32,000 nucleotides of DNA from Candidatus Nanosyncoccus sp. (GTDB taxonomy: Bacteria > Patescibacteriota > Saccharimonadia > Saccharimonadales > Saccharimonadaceae): NCBI GenBank assembly GCA_045597305.1, contig JAZLJF010000009.1, forward strand, positions 21,891 through 53,890, in the 5' to 3' direction. The notes beneath the pieces were generated by a model that saw only the letters and a program-made list of their open reading frames with translations, was not told the DNA's origin and searched no databases. This document shows positions 8,204 to 14,673 of this stretch, piece by piece (within the stretch, counting starts at the first letter, position 1; each line of letters opens with the position of its first letter). Both the position numbers and the translations under genes were made by a program.

Positions 8204-8824
8204 ATGCAAAATCCTTATTGTTACCTGTCAGACGATTGTCGAACTGTTGTCGTTTTCGAGGGGGAAAGAGAAGAACAATACACTGTTGACGAGTTTGTAG
8301 AAATCTATGGTGAGGAATCGTTACCATCTAGCGATTCATTTCGTAGTAAAGTTGTTATAACAGATGAAATTCTTGAAGAGATGTGCAGAGCTGAAGAAGA
8401 TGCTTGTAATAATTATTACGAAATAATGAATGAATTTTTAAATTCGATTGGGTATTATCTTGGTTTCAAAAAACTTGTAGAAAACTATGACGATGCGCCT
8501 GATAAGGAGAGATCTAAATCTGGAGCGATAATTGTCGAAAAATATGGAGTACCAATTAGAAACATTGATCAAGAGTTGCAAAACAAAAGAGAACACTGTT
8601 GGCATTTATTTAGAGAGTTAAATAACGCTGCCGAAGCACTTGGAATTTCGCCAATAGGTGAAAGTGCTATAGGTGATTTGGAAGACACCTCGAGGCGTGA
8701 TTCTGTCAGAAGATCGGCGAAGCGTGCTTGTCTTTCTCATGAATTAGTCTCTTTAGAACAGTTGCTTCAGAGGAGATTATTGCGTGAAAATTCCGCATCT
8801 GAAAGGGGAAAATTGGATGAATAA
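8204..8824 (+). CDS. hypothetical acidic protein, 206 aa, two Cys pairs; no family recognised
   Basis: Long ORF with an AAGGAAGGGGG SD 6-8 nt upstream of the ATG. It contains CYLSDDC and CRAEEDAC pairs and a basic helical C-terminus. Downstream ORF is translationally coupled. Confidence 0.7.
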   Translation: MQNPYCYLSDDCRTVVVFEGEREEQYTVDEFVEIYGEESLPSSDSFRSKVVITDEILEEMCRAEEDACNNYYEIMNEFLNSIGYYLGFKKLVENYDDAPDKERSKSGAIIVEKYGVPIRNIDQELQNKREHCWHLFRELNNAAEALGISPIGESAIGDLEDTSRRDSVRRSAKRACLSHELVSLEQLLQRRLLRENSASERGKLDE

Positions 8825-9290
8825 TAAAACTATATTTTGGATACTTGCAGAACGACTAGAGAATCAAAAATATAAAAAGGTGAAGGACGATTTTGATTTG
8901 GTTCGAGAAAGAGGAAAAAGTAATTATGCTAACTCGAAGATTAAATATTTGTATAATTTCGATATTAATCAGGTACAGGTTGATATTGATATGAGCAAAA
9001 ATTTAATAATCAAAGGAAGAAAAAGATATACTAATGGATTGAGCTATAATATCTCGATACTCGTAATTCTAACGTTGGTAATTATAGCTAGCGTAGTATG
9101 TGTTATTTATCTGCCAGAATATAAACTTCTCGCATGGATTATCTTCTGCGCTTCTTTGATTTGTTCGATACATTTTTTCTTTAGTGTAATATCTATAGAG
9201 AAATATTTCTCGTATTTTTTCACAATGTATTATGAATTAGGAGAAAAAGAAGAACTTTTCAATGAAATGACGAGCGGAAAATTACCTTAG
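8817..9290 (+). CDS. hypothetical membrane protein, 157 aa, N-terminal soluble domain plus 2 TM helices
   Basis: ATG 8817 follows AAAGGGG and overlaps the upstream stop (ATGAATAA). The tracked GTG 8784 is less likely. Hydrophobic helices are ISILVILTLVIIASVVCVIYL and LLAWIIFCASLICSIHFFFSVISI. The gene is very AT-rich. Confidence 0.65.
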   Translation: MNNKTIFWILAERLENQKYKKVKDDFDLVRERGKSNYANSKIKYLYNFDINQVQVDIDMSKNLIIKGRKRYTNGLSYNISILVILTLVIIASVVCVIYLPEYKLLAWIIFCASLICSIHFFFSVISIEKYFSYFFTMYYELGEKEELFNEMTSGKLP

Positions 9291-9310
9291 CCTTTGGAGA
9301 TAAGCTCATT

Positions 9311-9336
9311 GCCACCCGTTATCTGGGTGGCTTTTT
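9311..9336 (+). terminator. intrinsic terminator of the cassette
   Basis: GCCACCC-gttatct-GGGTGGC followed by TTTTT. Confidence 0.75.
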
Positions 9337-9337
9337 C

Positions 9338-9366
9338 TTGCAAAATATTGGAAGACAGTGTATAAT
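9338..9366 (+). promoter_or_regulatory. rpsP promoter
   Basis: TTGCAA (9338-9343), 17 nt, TATAAT (9361-9366). An AAGGAG SD lies before ATG 9396. Confidence 0.65.
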
Positions 9367-9395
9367 ATAAAAGTTATTTAATTTTAAGGAGAAAA

Positions 9396-9770
9396 ATGCT
9401 AGCGATTCGTTTGCAGCGTAATGGCCGAGCACACTACCCTGTGTATCGGATAGTCGTCCAAGAAGCGCAGCGTCACCCTCTTTCGGGACGCATTGTGGCT
9501 GAGGCCGGTTCATATAATCCTCATACCAAGAAAATCGTTCTTGATAAAGAGGTGATTGAAAAATACTTAAAAAATGGTGCGCAGCCTAGCACCCGCGTTA
9601 TTCGCATCTTGAAGGCAGAAAAAATTGCTCTTCCAAAATGGGTGAAAGAAGCATCAAAGAAGACTTCTGTAGCTAAACATGCTGATAAGCTTCGCAAGAA
9701 TCAGCCAAAGGAAGAGGCTCCAGCTGACGCCCCAGCTGATACCGCTGAAGAAAAACCAGCTGAAGGATAA
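9396..9770 (+). CDS. rpsP: ribosomal protein bS16
   Basis: MLAIRLQRNGRAHYPVYRIVVQEAQRHPLSGR... is a canonical S16 N-terminus. It carries a P/A/E-rich C-terminal tail. Confidence 0.95.
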   Translation: MLAIRLQRNGRAHYPVYRIVVQEAQRHPLSGRIVAEAGSYNPHTKKIVLDKEVIEKYLKNGAQPSTRVIRILKAEKIALPKWVKEASKKTSVAKHADKLRKNQPKEEAPADAPADTAEEKPAEG

Positions 9771-9786
9771 TTAGCTGCTTTTACTA

Positions 9787-9820
9787 AAATACCCCTATAG
9801 AGTTGGGGTATTTTTGTTTT
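9787..9820 (+). terminator. hairpin plus U-tract after rpsP (partial terminator/attenuator)
   Basis: ATACCCC (9789-9795) pairs with GGGGTAT (9805-9811), followed by TTTTTGTTTT. Confidence 0.6.
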
Positions 9821-9845
9821 CAATATTTTTTGCTTGTGGTATAAT
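9817..9845 (+). promoter_or_regulatory. promoter upstream of KH-protein gene
   Basis: Extended -10 TGGTATAAT (9837-9845). The -35 is weak (TTTTCA, 9817-9822) with a 17-nt spacer. Confidence 0.5.
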
Positions 9846-9877
9846 TAAAGTACTTAACAATTAATTCGGAGAAAGAT

Positions 9878-10333
9878 ATGTCAACTATTGACCAGCAATT
9901 CGTTGAATACATAGTAAAAACACTTGTGAATAATCCTGATAAGGTGGAAGTCGAACGTACGATAGACGAAAAAGGAGTTTTGCTTCAGCTAACTGTTGAC
10001 CCAGAAGATGTCGGACGCGTAATTGGACGACGTGGAGCTACAGCTCAGTCACTTCGTACGTTGCTTCGCGCTCTTGGAACGAAGAATGATGCACATTATA
10101 ATCTTAAGATCACAAATGATGGCGCTGCCCCTCGTCGTGATGCTGACCCGAAGTCTGAGTCTAGCAAAAATGAAGAGCCGGTATCTTCTGATGCGTCAGA
10201 TAATGAATCATCTTCTTCTGATACTTCGTCCGATGAAGATACTTTTGGTGGTAATGATTTTGACGATAGTACTTCAGAACTCGCCGAAAAGACCCGTGCT
10301 GAATTGGCTGATATGGATGATTTGGATATCTAA
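9878..10333 (+). CDS. khpA: KH-domain RNA-binding protein (YlqC/KhpA family) with long acidic Ser/Asp-rich tail
   Basis: VEYIVKTLVNNPDKVEV...DVGRVIGRRGATAQSLRTLLRA is the UPF0109/KhpA KH core. Synteny directly after rpsP supports the call. The ~70-aa D/E/S tail doubles the usual length. Confidence 0.75.
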   Translation: MSTIDQQFVEYIVKTLVNNPDKVEVERTIDEKGVLLQLTVDPEDVGRVIGRRGATAQSLRTLLRALGTKNDAHYNLKITNDGAAPRRDADPKSESSKNEEPVSSDASDNESSSSDTSSDEDTFGGNDFDDSTSELAEKTRAELADMDDLDI

Positions 10334-10340
10334 TCTACTA

Positions 10341-10369
10341 TTGACAATTTATTCCGTTTGTGCTATAAT
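10341..10369 (+). promoter_or_regulatory. perfect-consensus sigma70 promoter
   Basis: TTGACA (10341-10346), 17 nt, TATAAT (10364-10369), preceded by TGC (extended -10). Confidence 0.75.
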
Positions 10370-10375
10370 TAGATA

Positions 10376-10450
10376 GTAGGTTTAAGAGAGCGAATCTCTT
10401 ATAGGCTAAGGACATTAAGAAGACTGTGGAAGTCTCTGATGTCCTTTTTT
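10376..10450 (+). promoter_or_regulatory. candidate 5' leader/attenuator or ~75-nt promoter-to-terminator small transcript
   Basis: Hairpin 1 is TAAGAGA-gcgaa-TCTCTTA (10383-10401). The terminator hairpin has outer stem AAGGACAT/ATGTCCTT (10408-10415/10439-10446) and inner stem AGACT/AGTCT, followed by T6 (10445-10450). GGAGGG and ATG 10467 come next. Confidence 0.55.
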
Positions 10451-10466
10451 GTTATGGAGGGATTAT

Positions 10467-10856
10467 ATGATGACAAGGGGAAAAAGGATTGAAGAAATTA
10501 TCGATGAAATGTATCTTGATTGCGAAGATGACGAAATAAGTAATGTCGATGCGCTCAGAATGATTGTGTATTTTCAGGATGATTGGGAGTACCGAATTAA
10601 CTTATTCGAGCCATTAAGGGCGAAAGCAATTTTAGACTCCAGAGTTGAAAAAAAGGTTTTCGTCTGCAAAGATGGACCTATTTCATGGCATGAAAAGAAT
10701 GAAAATGATAATGACTATTTTTTTACAGAGAGCGGTAGATTTGTCTTGTCGAATCAAGCGCGTGTATTAAAAAAAGTTGTGAACATTTTATCAGATGAAG
10801 CGGTATATATAGTGCTTACTTCAGATGGAAAAAAGACAATTACACTTCCACAGTAG
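10467..10856 (+). CDS. hypothetical acidic protein, 129 aa; no family recognised
   Basis: ATG 10467 lies 5 nt after GGAGGG. The tracked TTG 10449 sits inside the terminator U-tract and is rejected. The ORF ends 18 nt before a strong terminator. Confidence 0.6.
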   Translation: MMTRGKRIEEIIDEMYLDCEDDEISNVDALRMIVYFQDDWEYRINLFEPLRAKAILDSRVEKKVFVCKDGPISWHEKNENDNDYFFTESGRFVLSNQARVLKKVVNILSDEAVYIVLTSDGKKTITLPQ

Positions 10857-10874
10857 ATCAATTTAATTTGATCA

Positions 10875-10899
10875 GGCACCCCTCGAGGGTGCCTTTTTT
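10875..10899 (+). terminator. intrinsic terminator
   Basis: GGCACCC-ctcga-GGGTGCC followed by TTTTTT. Confidence 0.8.
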
Positions 10900-10914
10900 C
10901 TGTGTTTCATAATC

Positions 10915-10940
10915 AAAAAACCACCGTCTCCCAAAGGTGG
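10915..10940 (-). terminator. minus-strand-oriented intrinsic terminator
   Basis: Read on the - strand, it is CCACC-tttgggagac-GGTGG followed by TTTTTT (A6 at 10915-10920 on +). On the + strand the U-tract is broken (TTATTT). Confidence 0.5.
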
Positions 10941-11030
10941 TTATTTGACAGATAAGCTCTCAACTTATGCGTGTAAGCTGACTCGCAGTTAGCTTATGTT
11001 CAACAAAATCTAGCAAATAATGTTTGAACT
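10915..11030 (-). ncRNA. candidate ~116-nt small RNA, family unknown
   Basis: It is bounded by a minus-strand promoter (TTGACA-17-TAGAAT, 11065-11037) and the minus-oriented terminator. No ORF of 60 aa or more is present. Predicted hairpins are GUUCAA/UUGAAC, UAAGCU/AGCUUA and AUAAG/CUUAU. Confidence 0.4.
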
Positions 11031-11036
11031 ATTTCT

Positions 11037-11065
11037 ATTCTAATAGTTTATAAAGCTTATGTCAA
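11037..11065 (-). promoter_or_regulatory. minus-strand sigma70-type promoter
   Basis: On the + strand TGTCAA (11060-11065) reads as TTGACA on the - strand. A 17-nt spacer follows. ATTCTA (11037-11042) reads as TAGAAT. Confidence 0.5.
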
Positions 11066-11114
11066 GATTAAAATTTCATAGTTTTCCACAATTATATAAA
11101 ATTGATTTAAAACC

Positions 11115-11143
11115 TTGAAAAAAATTGCAAAATAAGCTAAAAT
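11115..11143 (+). promoter_or_regulatory. rpoB promoter
   Basis: TTGAAA (11115-11120), 17 nt, TAAAAT (11138-11143). It implies a ~115-nt 5' UTR with hairpins CTAGA/TCTAG (11183-11201) and TAATCTT/AAGATTA (11219-11240). Confidence 0.55.
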
Positions 11144-11264
11144 GGATGACAAGAAGTAGTGTGTCAAGTTTTTTATGTACTCCTAGAAATGGCGACTCTA
11201 GAGTATAGGCTATGGCAGTAATCTTCGGCGCTAAAGATTATCAACACTAATAAAAGAGGTAAAT

Positions 11265-14200
11265 GTGAAAACTGCGAACAACAGTGGTTCCCGTGTATTC
11301 TTTACAGAGGGTGACCAGGCACTTCCTATCCCTGATTTGATCACACATCAGAAGGATTCATGGGAAGATTTTGTCAAATCCGGCCTTCGCGAGGTCTTCA
11401 ACGAGTTGAACCCGATTGACGACTATACAGGCCAAAAACTATCTTTAAGATTCAAGGATTATCGTTTCGATGCTCCAAAGGAATCAGAGCAAGATGCAAA
11501 ATATAATCTTGCAACTTATGAAGCTCCACTTCATGTATTAGTCGAGCTTGAAAATAAGGTGACAGGCGTTAAGAAAGAGCAAGATATTTTCTTCGGAAAT
11601 TATCCTTGGATGACAGATCGTGCAACTTTTGTAATTAATGGTACAGAACGTGTCATCGTCTCTCAGCTAATTCGCTCAGCAGGTGTATTTTTCACTGCAG
11701 ATGCTGTTGGCGGACGTAATTACTATGGTGCTAAGGTCATTCCTGGTCGTGGCGCTTGGCTTGAATTCGAAACATCGACATCTGGTGCGATTTATGTGAA
11801 GATCGACCGTCGTCGAAAAATTCCTGTTACAACTTTCTTGCGTGCACTCGGCATTTCAAAGAAAAATGAGATCAAGGAAGCATTTAAAGGTCTTGATGAA
11901 GGTGAAATCTCTTATATTGACGCAACATTGGAGAAAGATACTACATCTGGACGTAGTGAGGCTTTGATCGAAGTATATCGAAAACTTCGTCCTGGCGATT
12001 TAGCAACAGTCGAAAACGCAAAATCAATGATCGACCGAACATTCTTCGATTATAAGAGATATGACTATTCAAATGTTGGTCGTTTCAAGATCAATCAAAG
12101 ACTTGGTTTTGATACTCCAAATACTAGCCAGTATCGCACTCTTCAGATGAAGGATTTGATCGCTATCATCGCCGAGATCATTCGTTTGAATAATACTCAA
12201 GATGCGCCTGATGACATTGATTCACTTTCGAATCGTCGCATCAAGCTAGTCGGCGAGCTCGTACAACGACAATTCCGTCTTGGTATGCTTCGTTTACAGC
12301 GTAACATCCTTGACCGCATGTCGATGGCTAGCCCTGAAGATGTCACTCCTTCACAACTAATTAACGCTCGTCCAGTTACTGCAGCAGTAAAGGAATTCTT
12401 TACTTCTTCCCAGCTTTCGCAATTGATGGATGAAACGAATCCATTCTCCGAGCTTGCACACAAGCGCCGCTTAAGCTCTATGGGTCCTGGTGGTTTGACG
12501 CGTGAACGCGCCGGTTTCGACGTACGTGATACACATCCGACACATTATGGACGTATCTGTACAGTCGAGACGCCAGAAGGTGCGAACGTTGGTCTTGTTC
12601 TAAACCTCGCGACATATGCTCATATTAATGAATACGGTTTTATTGAAGCGCCATACCGTGTTGTTAAAGATGGAAAAGTTACAGACGAAGTAGTTTATGT
12701 TGATGCTGCGGAAGAACAGAACATGATTATTGCTGATACGTCAGCAAAGCTTGATAAGAATGGAAAATTCATCGATGCACGTGTGTCCGCTCGTGTTAAG
12801 GGTGCGCCAACCCAAGTTGAATCAAGTAAAGTAACACATATCGATGCAGCTCACAAAGAAATTCTAGGTGTATCAGCATCACTTATTCCATTCGTTGAGA
12901 AGAACCGTGTCGACCGTTCTCTTATGGCCTGCGCCATGCAGAAACAGGCAGTACCTCTTCTTCGTCAAGATAACCCTATTGTGGGTACTGGTATCGAGGC
13001 CGAGGTAGCAAAGAATACTTCACAGCTTATCGTTGCAGAAGCCGCAGGCGAAGTCACAAAAGCTGATGGTGAATCTGTTGTTGTTGAATACAAAGATGGA
13101 CCAAAAGAATATAAGCTAATCCACTTTGAAAAGACTAATGACGACCGTTGTTATAACCAGCGCGTAAAGGTAAGCCGTGGCCAGAAAGTTAAGAAAGGCG
13201 ATACGCTTATTGAAGGTGCATCTGTCAATGATAGCGAGCTTGCACTTGGTCGTGACCTCTTAGTCGCATTCATGCCATGGCGTGGTTACAACATGGATGA
13301 TGCTATCGTTATTTCAAGTCGCTTAGTCCAAGATGATACATTGACATCAATTAATATTAAGGATTACGATGTTGAAGTCCGTGAAACAAAACTCGGTCCA
13401 GAACAAGTCACTCGCGATATTCCTAATGTATCCGAGCATTCACTTCGTCACTTGGGCGACGATGGTATCGTAGTAGTAGGTTCTGAGGTTCAGAATGGTG
13501 ATATTCTTGTTGGTAAAATTACTCCTAAGGGAGAACAGGAATTGAGTTCTGAGGAACGCTTGCTTCGTGCCATCTTTGGTGAAAAAGCTAAAGATGTCAG
13601 AGATACTTCTGTACGCATGAATGGCTCATCGACTGGTAAGGTCGTCGGTGTTCGTGTGTATACTCGTGAACAAGGTCACGATCTTAAAGCCGGTGTATTG
13701 ATGCAGATCAAGATTTATGTTGCAGAAATGCGTAAAATTGGTGTCGGTGATAAGCTTTCAGGTCGTCATGGTAATAAAGGTGTCGTTTCTCGAGTTCTCC
13801 CTGTGGAAGATATGCCATTCATGGAAGATGGTACTCCAATCGATGTAATTCTATCACCGATGGGTGTTCCATCACGTATGAACCTAGGACAGCTTTTCGA
13901 AGTTCACTTAGGTATGGCAGCTAGAGCACTTGGATATAAGGTTGCTACGCCTTCATTTAATGGTGTTCCTGATGAAGTAATTAGTGACGAGCTAGAAAAA
14001 GCTGGTTTCAATCGCGATGGTCGTGTCCAGTTGTTCGATGGTCTCACTGGTGAGCCATTTGAAGAGCGTACTTCTGTCGGCGTGATGCACATGCTCAAGC
14101 TCCATCACATGGTTGATGATAAGATTCATGCACGTTCGACTGGTCCATACACAATGGTCACACAGCAGCCGCTTGGAGGTAAAGCTCAGAACGGTGGTCA

Positions 14201-14672
14201 GCGCTTTGGAGAAATGGAAGTTTGGGCACTCGAGGCTTACGGTGCAGCTACAATTCTTCAAGAGATGCTTACTATTAAGTCAGATGACGTTTACGGACGT
14301 GCGAAAGCATACGAGTCAATCATTAAGCGTTTGCCGATTGAAGGTCCAAAGCTTCCAGAAGGCTTCAACGTTCTTGTAAAAGAGCTTCAAGGCCTTGGCT
14401 TGAAAGTTGATTTGCTTGATCATGGTGAATCTACTGATGCGTCTGATGTCATCGAGAAAACATCTCGCGAAATTGAAAAGTCGCAAGATGACAGATTAAT
14501 ATATGAAGAACATAAGAAAGCGACCGAAAATGATCTCGACAATATATCAGATGATGATGTCATCGATGTCGCGGATGATGAAGGTATACTAATAACAGAT
14601 GAGGATGGTGAAGAAATCGTCGGCGAAGATGAGGAAGACGATAGTATTACTGACCTCGGAGAGGAGTTCTAA
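11265..14672 (+). CDS. rpoB: DNA-directed RNA polymerase beta subunit
   Basis: 1135 aa with a GTG start after AGAGG. Hallmark segments GDKLSGRHGNKGVVS and NGGQRFGEMEVWALEAYGA. The ~70-aa C-terminal tail is strongly acidic. Confidence 0.98.
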   Translation: MKTANNSGSRVFFTEGDQALPIPDLITHQKDSWEDFVKSGLREVFNELNPIDDYTGQKLSLRFKDYRFDAPKESEQDAKYNLATYEAPLHVLVELENKVTGVKKEQDIFFGNYPWMTDRATFVINGTERVIVSQLIRSAGVFFTADAVGGRNYYGAKVIPGRGAWLEFETSTSGAIYVKIDRRRKIPVTTFLRALGISKKNEIKEAFKGLDEGEISYIDATLEKDTTSGRSEALIEVYRKLRPGDLATVENAKSMIDRTFFDYKRYDYSNVGRFKINQRLGFDTPNTSQYRTLQMKDLIAIIAEIIRLNNTQDAPDDIDSLSNRRIKLVGELVQRQFRLGMLRLQRNILDRMSMASPEDVTPSQLINARPVTAAVKEFFTSSQLSQLMDETNPFSELAHKRRLSSMGPGGLTRERAGFDVRDTHPTHYGRICTVETPEGANVGLVLNLATYAHINEYGFIEAPYRVVKDGKVTDEVVYVDAAEEQNMIIADTSAKLDKNGKFIDARVSARVKGAPTQVESSKVTHIDAAHKEILGVSASLIPFVEKNRVDRSLMACAMQKQAVPLLRQDNPIVGTGIEAEVAKNTSQLIVAEAAGEVTKADGESVVVEYKDGPKEYKLIHFEKTNDDRCYNQRVKVSRGQKVKKGDTLIEGASVNDSELALGRDLLVAFMPWRGYNMDDAIVISSRLVQDDTLTSINIKDYDVEVRETKLGPEQVTRDIPNVSEHSLRHLGDDGIVVVGSEVQNGDILVGKITPKGEQELSSEERLLRAIFGEKAKDVRDTSVRMNGSSTGKVVGVRVYTREQGHDLKAGVLMQIKIYVAEMRKIGVGDKLSGRHGNKGVVSRVLPVEDMPFMEDGTPIDVILSPMGVPSRMNLGQLFEVHLGMAARALGYKVATPSFNGVPDEVISDELEKAGFNRDGRVQLFDGLTGEPFEERTSVGVMHMLKLHHMVDDKIHARSTGPYTMVTQQPLGGKAQNGGQRFGEMEVWALEAYGAATILQEMLTIKSDDVYGRAKAYESIIKRLPIEGPKLPEGFNVLVKELQGLGLKVDLLDHGESTDASDVIEKTSREIEKSQDDRLIYEEHKKATENDLDNISDDDVIDVADDEGILITDEDGEEIVGEDEEDDSITDLGEEF

Positions 14673-14673
14673 T

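Noticed and set aside
9297-9307. Short direct repeats that might mark insertion boundaries. GAGATAAG occurs at 8100-8107 and 9297-9304, flanking the cassette. AGATAAGCTC occurs at 9298-9307 and 10950-10959. GATAAG/CTTATC half-sites recur in several intergenic hairpins (8102-8122, 10951-10968, 27306-27328).
   Set aside because: Exact 8-10-mers are expected to recur by chance many times in 32 kb of AT-biased sequence. No longer flanking homology, integrase or tRNA target is present.
11082-11090. TTTTCCACA matches the relaxed DnaA-box consensus TTWTNCACA in the AT-rich 10.9-11.26 kb spacer, raising the question of an oriC.
   Set aside because: It is a single box only. I found no cluster of boxes, no dnaA or dnaN nearby, and the region is better explained by promoters, terminators and the candidate sRNA.
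14599-14673. Upstream-extended starts offered by the ORF track for rpoC (14599), rplC (18719), rplW (19943), rpsE (26113), the orphan genes (8784, 10449) and the YolD-like ORF (2971).
   Set aside because: The extensions overlap the preceding gene or a terminator and lack an SD. They also add residues not found at the conserved N-termini. Internal ATGs with a good SD, or with TAATG or adjacent-stop coupling, fit better.
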